Shown one piece after another: positions 47,646 through 60,842 of a DNA stretch of 64,000 nucleotides; position 1 is the stretch's first letter; each line of letters begins with the position of its first letter. Source of the DNA: Psammoneis japonica (lineage: Eukaryota); contig QPGO01000030.1 of the NCBI GenBank assembly GCA_008632985.1, positions 248,001 to 312,000 of the forward strand. The letters run 5' to 3'. A program made the translations under genes and the position numbers. The notes under the pieces were generated by a model. That model was given only the letters and a program-made list of their open reading frames with translations. It was not told the origin of the DNA and made no database searches.

Positions 47646-50600
47646 ATGAGTGAGCTTTATTTATTCTATCGTCAGCTAGCTAATGCAACTAGCAACACGA
47701 CGGAGGATGACGGAGGTGGCGAAGAATCTTCGAACGGACACTCTTTCTTCTGGGGAAGCAGAACACACGGCACGTCGTCGGGCACACATGATGTGAGCGT
47801 TGCTACAGTCGAGACGGCTTTGGTTGTCAACATTATCATCTTTGTCATTTTGATCTTGAGCTATGAGTTATTTAGCCGCTTGTTCCCAACAGTCTACAGG
47901 AGCAGATCGAACCAACCAAGACCAGAAGGGCAGTCGACCAGACAGCCAATGAGCATACCAGCCAGCACCATGCCTCATTCATGGCTTCGTGCGGTTTTGA
48001 GGGTTTCTTGGAGTGACTTGCTCATGAGTGGAGGCTTAGATGCTTACATGTTCCTCCGATACATTCGCATGTGTTTTCAAATCACAATCGTCAGTGGTCT
48101 GTGGGGAGCCATCATTTTGTGGCCTGTCTATGCTACCGGGGGGAACCACGCCGAAGGATGGTATCACCTGAGGTAAGAAGCTTGATTTCAGTGAAGGCAT
48201 CCTTCGATGTTTCTTGGACAACTTTTAATTTCTCTCACACTCTACTTCGCTTGACGAGCAGCATGGCCAACATTTCACAAGGCGATTGGCGATTGTGGAT
48301 TCCTACCATTTTTATGTGGATGCAGTCATTTTATGTGATGTTCGTTATGAACGAAGAGTACAAACACTACGCGGCGTGCAGATCAGAGTTTCTGGCAAAA
48401 GGAGATGTTGAAGTTCATCCGCAGCAACGACACTCTCTCATGGTTGAAGAATTGCCGAATGAACTTCGAAGTGACAAAGGGCTGAAAGATTATTTCGAAA
48501 ATCTCTTTCCAGGTAAGGATCGAAGTAAATCCTCGGTGTTTGTTCTCTTTGGCTGTGCCTAACATATTTCCTATTGCAACCTCTTTTAGGGAGAGTGCAC
48601 TCCGCTTGCGTTATACTGAATGTTCCGGACCTGGAGGAACTCTCTGCTAAACGAAAACGAGTACTACGCCGACTTGAAAAGAGTGAAGCAATACAGAAAG
48701 CGACAGGGAAGGCGCCTTCCCACATTGTCGGAAGACCAAGGATTCGTTGCTGTGGTATGGACGACTCACAGTACTACCCGTGGGAGGTAAGCTGTATCGT
48801 GAGGTCATAGGTATCTATTGCTGTGCTATTTGTATTGGAGGGCGGTGTGACTTACAGTTACTAAACGACAATCTTTACTCGTAGGCGGAAGATTGACTTG
48901 TGCGATGACAATGGCCGCCTACCTCAACGCGGCGAGCGAGTAGATTCCATTAACTACTACACGAGATATTTGGCGATTCTGAATGAAAAGGTTGCCAAAT
49001 TGCGGCAAGAAAAGATTGCAATTGCCATAGCGGAGACCAGTCTATGAGTGCCAGCCAACGCATTTCACACGTCATTGGATTAGCCTCTGATGCAGCTGCA
49101 GCCACGTTGGTAAGTGCATCGTCTACGAGACCCCAATGATCAGTCCACACCAATCTGATTCAACCTACGTGTTCTTTTCAAACCAGATGGTAAGGTCACC
49201 TAGTAATCAGCGAGACGACAATGAAGTCATTCTAGACTTCAGCGAGACAAACAAGAGCTTTTCATGGTGGTCGTACTTTCGCAAGCTTGGTTTTGACTTC
49301 ATCGCTGGAGGATTTTCATCGATGTATCGTCACATCGACGTGGTAGTGGATAGTGTGGCTGGAGCAACCATGTCGTCAACTGCGTTTGTCACTTTCAAAG
49401 ATTTGGCGTCAACTAGCTGCGCGGTTCGGGCTCCTCTCAGTAACCAGGCAGGAGTGTTCAACGTCCAAATGACTCCCGAGCCAAGAGATATTATTTGGAG
49501 AAACGCTGGAGTTCATCAGTCATGGAGTAGAGGACGAGAATGGACAGCCAATATATTTTTAGGCTTTGGAGCGATTTTGTGGTCTATTCCAGTGGCAACT
49601 CTTCAGGCCTTCTCTAATCTGGAATCTTTGTGTGAGTTCTTAGTTTCGGATTGTGTTTGTGTCACCAATTGTGCCCCGCCTTATCCATTTGGATCTTTTG
49701 ACACGTTCAAATACCAAAAGCGACTATTCCCGGGTTGAACTGGCTTTCTAGTCTCCAGGGAGGAAAGTTTGCCGCGTTGTTGAATGGCTACCTCCCGGTC
49801 GTGACTCTTCTTTGCCTCATTATGGTGTTACCGATCATCTTTGAAATGATTGCATTGAAATACGAGCTTCGTAAGACCGAGTCTGATGTGCAAAAGTCTA
49901 TCCTTGGGAGATTTTTCTACTACCAGGTACAGTGCAATGTCAATGAGAAGAAGTGTCTGCATCGCGTAGAAGAAGATACTAACGTTTGCGTTTCTGAAAC
50001 ATTTACCAGCTGGCCAATATTTACGTGACAGTGACAGCGGGGTCAATATTTGATGGGTTGGCTGAAATCATTGATCACCCATCAAATGCATTTGCCATTC
50101 TTGGTACCTCGCTTCCTACTGTCGTGGGCTATTTTGTTATGCTGTTGCTGACAAAGTTCTTTGCAGGGCTTCCAATGGTGCTGCTACGCCCTGGTTCTCT
50201 GTTAAGAATGCTTTTCCTCAAAATGTGCTGCAGAGAGAAATTTCTTACCCAACAGGAACTTGATGACATGCACAGTACAAAGACGCTCTTCTATGGATGG
50301 GAGGTAAGTGAGACGACTTTGTGATCGATCGAGGGCGATGAATCTCACAATATCCCTTCTCGATTTCCTTCTCTATTGCTTTTGTCATTAGTATCCAACA
50401 CAACTACTTGTGATTGTAATTTGCTTCACTTATGCTGTGATTTCCCCCGTAATTCTTCCTGTCGGGGCCTTGTACTTTGTAGGGGCTTTGGTGGTGTATA
50501 AGAAACAAGTTTTGGTGGTGTATTCTCCCACGTACGAGAGTGGTGGAGCCATGTTTCCCGCTGTCTGTCGCCGAACCCTTATTGGTCTCGCTTGTGGTCA

Positions 50601-51171
50601 GGTAGCATTGTCTAGCTGCATGTTTAGTTTGCTTTTATTTTTGTTCTGACTTTTACTCTTGCGACTATTTGCTTCCCAGATAACTTTGATTGGTTACTCG
50701 GTGTTGAAACTAGGTATCGTCCAGGTACGTTCAGCCTTTTGGATTCAAGACGCGCTTTCAAAACGCACCGAACTTATGTAACTGATCGTCCGATATCTCT
50801 ATATCTATGTGCAGTCCATCATTCTACTTCCGCTGCCTTTGTACACATGGGGCATGATTGGAGTATTCCAACGGCTGTATGCCAATCCAGGAAGATACCT
50901 GTCTCTGGAACGAGCAGTCGATCTCGATAGACAGTCAAACAGCGCCGCTGAATTCGAGGAGTCGGGCGATGACATTTACAGGCAACCGGTCCTTGCCGAG
51001 ACGGACGCGATTCCACAGCCTTACCGACGAGTTCGCACAATTGAAGAGACGCCGCAGCAAGACGACTTTGGTTCAGATTCGGAATCATCTTCTCCATTTA
51101 ACGCTGCGTCGAAAACAGATTGGGAGGCGGGTTTGAGTTCCGAAGCCCATGGTTCAGAAGAGATAATCTGA
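47646..51171 (+). CDS. OSCA/CSC1/TMEM63 family mechanosensitive channel (multi-exon)
   Basis: GLDAYMFLRYIR, ILWPVYATG, SLMVEELP, TAFVTF, PEPRDIIWRN, YKKQVLVVYSPTYESGGAMFP; multiple TM segments. Confidence 0.92.
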
Positions 51172-51389
51172 GTGTCACTTAGTTGAAAGATGAGGGATTG
51201 TGACGATTCCTATCTAGAGATCGTAGAACTCCTAGTTAGAGAATTACTACATTATTGATCCTTGAACTTCAAAGTTTAGTTACGACGCGTGCCGCCGATG
51301 GCAAAGAAAAGTCTGAAAATATCGTCGATATGCTTCTCGCTGAACAAGCATCCCCGATTGGTAAAAGATTGACCACGCGCAACAAACCC

Positions 51390-52777
51390 TTAGAAAGCAG
51401 GGCGAGTACCAAGCGAGACAACGCTTGGTGTAGGAACCTTTTGTACAACACGTTGCTGCAACAATTGGGTGTCCCTCACGTCGCGTTGGACGACTTTGGT
51501 GACAGCATCGATTCCGTCTCTTTGATTCTTCAAGTCCTGTAGTAGACGAGACTTGTCGGGAAGTGTCACGTCTGGTGCAACCGAAATGTGTTGCTGCGAG
51601 CGCGCCTGATTCTGAATTTCACCAAGAACTCCAGACACCCTGTCCATTGGCGTAAAGTTCTGAGAGCCGTTGTGTTGCTTGGACTTCTTCGTGTTGCAGA
51701 GGTTGATTCATACACCTCACAACTTCGACCTTACGCATCACGTCGAGCAGCGCTGCCTCAGGGCCGCATGAGTTCTTGTCATATTTGAATGTAGGCTCGA
51801 GAACGCTGGGCCCTCGTTTGAAGTGATTCGTGTGAACCCTTGATAATTTCCAACGTTCTTCCCAATGAGGTGGCCTTGTCTTGCTGATTTACTACTCGCT
51901 GTCTCAACGCTGCAGCTCCGACGACCGCAACCGGCATGTACAACTCAGGATCTGGGTTGCGCACCACGGCGGAGATCCAATCCTTTTCGGATACTTGATC
52001 TGGTTTGGGCGGAGCAATCAGTGTCTTTCCATGAGTTCCTACTCGATGCATCCACTGGCGTTGTAGCTGCTCAGGCGAAATCGGATCGTAAAGGATGGAA
52101 ACAAAGGGGGCCGTCTCGTTGCTGTCTCGAGGTCCTACACTAGCGTATGCCCCGTGCAGTTGTTCCATTTTCGCTTTCAAGCGTGCTTCCTCCTGACGAG
52201 CAGAGGCATCCATATGTGCTTGCATCGCAGCCTGCGCCGGAATTTGTTGCTGTTGCGTCGGTGGTGCTCCAAAAGCTGATGGAGCTGGCGCCCCAAAGGC
52301 TGACGACGTGGAAGATGTTCCAAAGCCAAAAGCCGATGGCGCTGGGGCTCCAAACGCTGTTGGTGCTGGAGCTCCAAAGCTCCTGTAGCTGGAGCGGGCG
52401 TAGTACCAAATAAAGGAGCAGGGGCAGGAGCAGCAAAACCTCCTGTCACTGGTGCAGGTGTAGTACCAAACAATCCGGGTGCCGGAGCCGGAGTGGTGGA
52501 TCCAAACAGTCCGCCAGCCGGAGCTGGAGCGGGCGTACCCCCACCAAAGAGACTTCCGGTTGTAGTGGGAGCAGGAGCTGCAGCAGATAGACCGCTAAAT
52601 GGTGGCGGAGCTGGAGCCGGCGAAGATCCCAAGGTAGGAGTACTGAACGCTCCCCTGCAGCGGTGCCGGTGTTGGAGTACTTGCCCCGAAAAGAGGCGCT
52701 GGCGCTGCCGTTGATCCAGTGGCAGGAGTGTTTGACGATGAAAAGAATCGCGTATCGTTCTGCCCCCAAGTAACCAT
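51390..52777 (-). CDS. NUP54: FG nucleoporin Nup54 (apparent frameshifts)
   Basis: LFG/PAPA repeats at the N-terminus, PPKPDQVSEKDWISAVVRNPDPELYMPVAVVG..LRQRV (Nup54/57 core), then a coiled coil. Confidence 0.85.
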
Positions 52778-53096
52778 TGTACTTTCTCTTATTCTTCTCT
52801 TTGCCGTCGATGTTTTGCTGTCAATCGGTGGATGTTCATTGCCGCTGCAAATAATAAGAAATTGACAGAATTCAGAGCAGAAGGCTAAAATTCATGAAAG
52901 TTGAAAAAGCTCTAATTTCTGTCTGATTCACAAGAATTCCACATAATTCATTGAAAATTGAAGATATTGTACAAAACACCCATTCGAACTCACGGACAAA
53001 GGCACAAGGGCGATCGCGCGCTATTCTCGCGCCCTCGCACGCGGCAACTTGTTTCCCGCCACTTTTTCCTTTTTCGCCATTTCAGAGACCTTGAAG

Positions 53097-54172
53097 ATGA
53101 TGCGTTTGCGAACAAGCAGTGCTCGTCTTGTAAACACCGCTGTTCTTCTTAACTGCGTTCTTCAACAATCAATTCACTCTTCTGCAATGACTACACAAAA
53201 AGTTATTGATTCTCATCTTCACGTGTGGGCAAATGCCAAGGAGGCTGCGTCGGAGTTTCCGTATGCTGCTGGGCAAGAACCGCCAGAGGCACTACGTGAT
53301 CAAGCATCCATGTCGGCTCTACTGCAGAAAATGGACGAGAGCGGAGGTAAGATGAAGCACTCAGTACTTGGAAGACTGGAAACAAACTACGTCTCATCCA
53401 ATCTTTGTCTCGATCGCTTTCACAGTTCACGGCGCATTGATTGTTCAACCAATCAACCACAAGTTTGATCATTCATATGTGTTGAACGCAATCAAAACAC
53501 ACCCAGATGATTCAAAGGTATGTTGTTGCACGATCCGTCCCTGTCTGAAGAAGAAGCAGTCTCGCGACTCGAGGATTTGACTCTTCAGGGGTTTGTTGGT
53601 GTACGCTTCAATCCATATCTTTGGCCGAAAACAAACAACAATGGTTGGGTTCCCATGTCGTCGACTCCTGCCGGCTTGGCAGTATATAAGAGATGCGCAG
53701 AATTGAAAATGCCAGTGGGGGTAATGTGTTTCCAAGGACTGCAGTTGCATTATCAAGACATTTGACGTTATTGAAAGAATCGCCTGAAACGCAATGCGTT
53801 TTGGACCACTTTGGCTTTACCTCGCTCACACAAGACGGTGACGAGGCGTTTGCACAATTGCTCAAACTCGCAGACTATCCGCAAGTTTCCGTCAAAATTT
53901 CCGCCCTCTTTCGACAGGGAGATGCGCCTCCGTACGAACGAGTGTATCGAGAACGATTCCTAAAGCTATTGGACGCGTTTGGCGCAGACCGCCTGATGTT
54001 TGGAACGGACTTTCCGTTTGTCTTGGAGCAGCCCGAGTCATACAGTGGTACTGTCGACCTTGTGAAATCTTGGCTGGATGACAAGAGTAAGGAACAATCT
54101 AATGCGATTATGGGTGGTACTGCAGAAAGACTCTTTGGTCCTTGGGGTATCAGCAGCTACAACGAAAGCTAA
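53097..54172 (+). CDS. Amidohydrolase 2 family protein
   Basis: VIDSHLHVW, GALIVQP, FVGVRFNPY, VLDHFG, VSVKISA, FGADRLMFGTDFP; intron ~53347-53424. Confidence 0.88.
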
Positions 54173-54586
54173 TGACAAAAGACTGCAACAAATTATAATT
54201 GCAACACAATAATCAAAATCTTAATTTAGATTGTAGCGTTGCTAGCCATCGTTTAGAAGTGGCTTTCTACTTTCCCACAAAACATAAACACAAAAGGACA
54301 GCGGCCGTGCTGCCATCCCTTCACTCTTTTACATATTTTTTTCTTTTTGTTCTTGATAATCACGACTCTTTCTTTGTCCAACAATAAACCAAGTCACACA
54401 CTGACTGGTAGATACTGTAGTCACTGAGAGCAATCAAGAGCTTCTCAGACTTGGTTAGACCTGACGCAAATCTAAACGTCAAGGATATGTGGCTTCCAAA
54501 GGATGCGTCGACAAAATTCAACATTCATGTATTTTTTCTGGTTTCTTTTTTTGAAATGTGTTGTTGTTCCCCACTTTTGCAATAGC

Positions 54587-55383
54587 TTACGCTGGCACCA
54601 CGCCGGCTGCAAGGAGCTTTAAACGAGCCCGCTCCTCCGGCGTCTTGTGCTCTCGCAGCGCCTGACTCGCCTTCTTTCGAGCAACAATATTGGGGACAAT
54701 GTACCACTTTCCAACCTTGGGGTCCTTCTTGAGAAAGCGGCCGCCATAGCTGTGGACGTAATCCACCACGTTCTGTGACAGATCCGTCTTGTCTTCCTTG
54801 AGACTGCTCTTGTACCAGGCCTGCATGTTACCAACCTCCTCACGGTAGCGCTTGTTGCCTAGCCAATGATTGCTCTTGCCCCCACGACCCAACAACACGT
54901 CGGTATTCGTGAGCTCTTCGACATACTCCTTGACCTGAGGTTCGCGAGAGATCTTGCGTCGCTTCGCTTCTTTGTCGGAGGCGCACTCTTCACTACAATG
55001 TCTTCGGTAAGAGCGGGAGTCTCGGCAAGAGGCACAGCAATATCCGTTGGAGGCGCAGACGCGGGACTCGGAGTGATGGGTACGCTTGAAAAGGTCTTGT
55101 TGAACTCGGCGAGGTAATCACTGTTGCTGGTGCTAACAGTGTTTGTAGGACTCGTCGCCAATGGGTCGGCTTCAAAGACATTCGCAAAGGCCAAGTCAAC
55201 GTCGAGATCCTGGCTCTCATACATTGGCATCCAGTCCTTGCTGGTGACTTGAGCAGCGGAAGACATCGAAGACGATCGGCTCGCGCCTTTTGCTTCAAGA
55301 GCAGTGCGTGCTTGCTTCAGCGAAGCAAGCACCGTGTCTGCTAGACTTGGCTTGTTGGTTGTGTTCCCGTCGGGCCACGACAT
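54587..55383 (-). CDS. DUF6824-domain protein (diatom-expanded family)
   Basis: DVLLGRGGKSNHWLGNKRYR..GGRFLK..WY..ARKKASQALRE; frameshift near 54940. Confidence 0.88.
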
Positions 55384-55916
55384 GGTGGATGGGAGTTCTA
55401 ATGCTTGTATTACACAAGTTGATGGGTCTTGATTGTGGGGAATAATAACAATGCAACACGCGTTGGCATTTGGCATGTTGAATGTGCTCACCGAAACACG
55501 TCTCGAAAAGAATTCCCGCGAACAATCGTCCCGTCCAAAGAACAGCTAGCTGACGCAGGCCATCCAGCGCCGGCAAGAATTTCGCGGGACTTAGCTTCAC
55601 GCGTAGGCTTCGTATTATGTTCTACATGCACATTTGGACTATGAAAAAGCACATACGTTGATGATAGTACATATCAACGAAGGAACTCTACCCAACTTCA
55701 AGTTAGTAACAAGTATAAAGTATAACGCTAATTTAATTTAACGCTTCATGCGTGGGTCGAGGATCAAGGATCGATCAAGAACTCGATTTTCGAGCTCGCC
55801 AAAACTCGCTGTGTGCCAACTTCATAATCCAAGACCAATTGAACTTGACGTCGACACAAAAAGGGTGAAGTGAGAGTGCAACAACTTAGCTAGCTTACCA
55901 GCGAACTTCTTTTATC

Positions 55917-58900
55917 ATGATGAATCAAACGACTGCAGATGTGTTGTTGACGGAGATCAATGATTCCCTGATGACAATGTCACGGCTTCTCAGAAATGGA
56001 TCGATTTGGCTTTGGAATCAGACCGTCGACGATGAGTTTACAAATCTCAAGCCGGCTTCCGATGTTTCTGTGAACGCTGTCATGTCGACGGTCTTTTTCA
56101 ACACAATCGTCCTGATCTTCCTCATGATTTGTTACGAAATACTTCGAAGAATCTTGCCGAGCGTCTATTCTGCACGAAAGGTTGTGTCTCATTACAGAGC
56201 ACCCGAACCTTCGCCCACTCGAGGTCAGCTCGCCCGAGATCAATCCGTGGCATCCATACCTTCGGATTCCTTCATGCCCATGGATTGGGTGGCTCCTGTC
56301 TTGGAGTTCCTTGGGAACGAGTCCGTGAGGTCGCAGGCTTGGACGGTTATTTTTTCCTGAGGTATCTTCGAATGTGCTTGAGAATCACACTTGTATCTTC
56401 CTTTTGGGCGTTTATTATTCTTGTACCCGTCTTTGCCACTGGGCATCACCAAGCCACGGGGTGGTACCACATTAGCATTGTCAATATATCGAGCAACACG
56501 TGGAGAATGTGGATCCCGACTGTTTTCATTTATTTCTTTTCATTCTTTGTCTTTTTCGTGATGAAGCAAGAGTACCGGCACTTTCTTCAGCTTCGTATGG
56601 ATTTTTTGGGAAGAGGTGAAAAACACGTTGATCCACAGCATCATTATTCTCTCATGGTGGAGAACATCCCGCTCGAGTTACGAAGTGACACTGCATTGTA
56701 TGACTACTTTGACAATCTGTTTCCTGGGAAGGTTCATTCCGCTCAGGTTATGCTGAAGCTGCACGACCTGCAGGATTTATCGATGCGGCGTTTACGAGTC
56801 GTGCGGCGATTGGAGAAGTCGATTGCCTACGTAATTTCTTCGGGAGGAGAAAGACCAAAACATGTCATTGGACGCACGCGGATCAGCTGTCTTGGTATTG
56901 ACCTGTTCCCAGTCCGCTATTTCTGCCTGGAGTGTCGTGACGGAACGGTGTACGAAGTGGATGAGGACAGCCCGCTCCCTCCAAAGGGCACCATGGTTGA
57001 TTCCATTTCGTACTACACGCGTGATTTGGCCAAATGCAATCGGGATTTGTATCTATTGCAACGTAGCAAGAGAGAAGTCGCCGAGACAGGAAATACGTCG
57101 ATCCAGGCGGACAACTGGCTCGAGAGTGCAATAAGTGCGGCCTCTGGCGCGTTCACTGACGTTGCGAATGACATCTTGGAAGATTCACTTGAAGACAATG
57201 CTTTGAAATCGCAAAATATGGATACTGAAGAAATCGTGTTCCCTAAAGCTGAAAGAATGACATCGACCACTGGATGGTATGGCTCTTTAGACGTTACTCC
57301 ACTTCAAACTGGGAGGAAGACTTTTGACAATGCACAAAGCGAAGGAAATGGACAGAGGGATATCGCTAGGACCCCAGATCGAAAGGCTCGATTAATTGAC
57401 GAAGATCATCTTGTGAGTAACGTAATCGTTTTCTGTCGCTGCGGTTTCGTAGCCTTGATGCTAACCTTCGTTGACCGATTCAAATCACCTTCTTGCTCCC
57501 AGAGAGACTTTGATAGCTTGGTTTCACCTGTTTTTGAGGCACCGGGAAGGCGAGAGAAAGAGGGGAACATTCTTAGGCGTTTAGGAGGACGACTGGGACT
57601 AGACTTTTTCGTTGCTGGGGTCAAGTTTGTCAAGAAAAACTTGGGTATGTAGCGATATTACCGATTCGTTTGAGTTAAACCTACATATGCCTCAACACTC
57701 GATTTTGTTTGCCTCTAAAGGGGTTGTGGTCGAAGGAGTGGTGGGACAGTCAATGTCATCGACGGGCTTTGTGACGTTTCTAGACTTGACTTCTGTCACA
57801 TGTGCGGCTGGAGCACCGTTAACGCTGAAGCCTGGGGTTCTCAAGGTGTCTGTCGCTCCAGAGCCGCGTGACATTCGTTGGAACGATGCACATATCGACG
57901 CAAAACTTTGCAACGCAAGAGAAACCGTGGCTAATGTGTTACTTGGTATCGGCGTCATTTTTTGGAGTATCCCTCTCACAGCCATTCAAGCTTTTGCCAC
58001 CGCCGAACAAGTGGGTGAGTTACTTCAGCTTGTGTACGACTTTGTTGCACTCGACCGTTGATGAGCACATCTCATTGTGCAAATGTGTTTTGAATTGAAT
58101 ACAGCTCGAATTCCTGGAATGGAATGGGTGCTTACGTTCGATGGAGGATCAATCTCAGCGTTCATAAATGGCTATCTTCCTGTAATGGCATTGCTTGGGC
58201 TCATCCTTCTGCTTCCCGTGCTTTTTGAATGGATTGCGGTAAGCTACGAGCGTCGTAAGACCTTTTCAGATGTTCAGCGTTCCATGGTTGGGCGATACTT
58301 CTATTATCAGGTACGGTAGCTCCTCGACAAAATTTCCCTGGTGCTTGTCTCAAACTGTCGAGAAAAAAGAGTTCATAATCGCTTTTATTCATCTCTCTCG
58401 TAACAGCTTGCCAACATTTACATCACGGTGACTGCCGGATCTCTTTGGAACTCATTGGCGGATATTTTGGACCACCCTTCAAATGTACTTGAGATTCTAG
58501 GGAGATCACTCCCAACAGTTGTTGGATATTTTGTAAGTTTGCTTATTACGAAAATCATGGCTGGTTTGCCTATGGTAATTCTTCGGATGGGCGCGCTGGG
58601 ACGTATGATTTTTCTGAGAGCGGTGTTCAGTAGGGATAAGCTTACGCAAAGAGAGCTGGACGAAGTCTATAGACCTAGTCCTGTCATGTATGGTTGGGAG
58701 GTAGGCCCGTTTCCAAATTCTTCATTATTTCTGGTGCGGTTGCTATCGACTCGTTTTCTAACTGTCGCTCTTTCTCTTTGTATTAAAAGTACCCCACCCA
58801 ACTCCTTGTGATTGTAATCTGCTTTACGTATGCTTGCATCAGCCCAGTAATTCTTCCGTTTGGTGCAAGTGAGTTTTGCGTTGACTTCGAGCTCTCTACT

Positions 58901-59624
58901 GCTTTTCATTTACAAAATCGCAGCTCATCGTTTCTTGTTTTGTTGTGTTTTGTGTCGTTTCAGTGTACTTTCTTGGTGCATTGATGGTATACAAGAAGCA
59001 GATTCTGTACGTGTACACACCGACCTACGAGAGCGGTGCTTCATTCTTCCCCCTGGCTTGTGATCGAACGTTGTTTGGTCTCGTTTGTGGACAGCTTACT
59101 TTTATTGGCTATACGGTCATTCGAGAATGCTACCATCAGGTAAGAAATGTTGAGGCTTCACCGTCACTCTCGCTTCTCTTTGTGTGTCGCTCAACAGTTT
59201 CCTTCTCGCATTCGTGTCGAATCGTTAGCCCGTCGTGCTTTTCCCTCTCCCGTTTATCACTCTGTGGGTCATGAGATACTTTGACGAGCATTACGCGAAC
59301 CCGAGCAATCGATTGAGCCTTGAACGCGCTATTGAGTGTGATCGGATAACCGATTTGCAGGCGTCAATGACCGAGGACCTCGAAGAAACATCTCGTCCAG
59401 GAATCGCTTCGCGAAGCCGGCGGTTCAATAAGAATGCGTATAGACAGCCTGTTTTGACAGAAGGTGCAATGGTGCCGACACCGTACAGGCGAGGCACAGA
59501 AGACCCACTCACAACCGAAGCCATCGACCGGCTCAACCGCTTTAATTGTCGGCACGAGTCTCTGTACCGTATGTGGAGCGGATGCGAGGACGAAGAAAGC
59601 ACAAGCCCGGGCAATGTGGTATGA
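55917..59624 (+). CDS. Second OSCA/CSC1/TMEM63 family channel (multi-exon)
   Basis: GLDGYFFLRYLR, YSLMVENIP, TGFVTF, APEPRDIRW, YKKQILYVYTPTYESG; clear paralog of 47646-51171. Confidence 0.92.
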
Positions 59625-60077
59625 AGAATTCGAAGGGAGCAATGATAAACTAGATGCCTCACTATCGTGTTTTGGAATGTTAAATAAATCCTGTAAGGCA
59701 TTGAAACAATGCATGTCTCGATGACACAAGGCGTCTGTACGCGAACGAATCCGTTCGCTCAGTTCCTCAAATATAGCTCTCTCTATTCATACAGTCTGCA
59801 GGGACTGTTTCGGTAAGTATTTTCAATAAGGTGCTACATGGATATCTAGCCACAGCGGACTGCATATGCACCAATTGAATCACCATGGGCAAGATTTCAC
59901 ATCTCAAGAAACCAAGTATTTATTCATACAGCCAGTAAGTTAAAAGGAAAGATGATAAGGGAGACTATTTGCAGTTTAAATCCTACACAATTGTGCGGCT
60001 TTCGAGTCTAGCAAAACCCATTCCTCGAAGAACAACGACGACGTTTCAAAACGAAAACACAAATCACCAGGATACTG

Positions 60078-60335
60078 TCACGAGATCACGCAGCAGCCTC
60101 CATCCCCCGATGACGACGGGGCAGCTGAATGGAACTCGTTCACTTCCGATGTGACGCCGGTACCTTCCTTGGCAACCAAGAATCCATCTTTTGATTCATT
60201 GCTTTCGATAGCTGAAAAAATCTGAGAGCATACTGGACCCGTATTTTCCGCCTTCTTTACACCGTCCAGGACTCTTTTCTGTTGCGCGACATCTGCCTCA
60301 AGAAGTTGCAACTCTGTAACACCGCTCACTTCCAT
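60078..60335 (-). CDS. Probable heterotrimeric G-protein gamma subunit
   Basis: 85 aa; N-terminal coiled-coil-like helix, DGFL (DPLL-like), NEF (NPF/W-like), C-terminal CCVIS CaaX box. Confidence 0.65.
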   Translation of the reverse strand: MEVSGVTELQLLEADVAQQKRVLDGVKKAENTGPVCSQIFSAIESNESKDGFLVAKEGTGVTSEVNEFHSAAPSSSGDGGCCVIS

Positions 60336-60842
60336 GGTTGAAATCAGCCTTCACTTTTTCCTCCTTTTTCCTTCGCAATTCCGACGCTCGTATCAGCGAC
60401 CTTCTAGTTCTCTCCTTCTTATGCGAACAATGCTACTAACACCGCCTCTCTATCTTCAATGATTTTTGCAACGTGACAAGAGGAGAACAGCCACCTTTAT
60501 TCCACAACCAGCGCAACAAACAGCTGTCGCAAAGAATACACTACAGTATCTCCTTCGCTTATTTTTGCGACAGCGACAGCGACGGCAACCCCAAACCTGG
60601 AACCAACAATGCGACAAGCGAACGGAGAGCCACGCGAGGTCGCGCTCCGATTTAGCGCTCCTTGTAGGGTTCTGTGTCGTAGGATTCTACATACTTATAT
60701 CGTAGTATCAAAATGACGTAGATTGCCTCATCTCAATTTCCCTCAAATTATTTTCAAATTTGATTTTCACAAATTTGACCTCATTTCAATCTTGCCAACA
60801 ACAGCCAAGCCTTTTACCGTGTATCATTTGCCGACAGCAACA

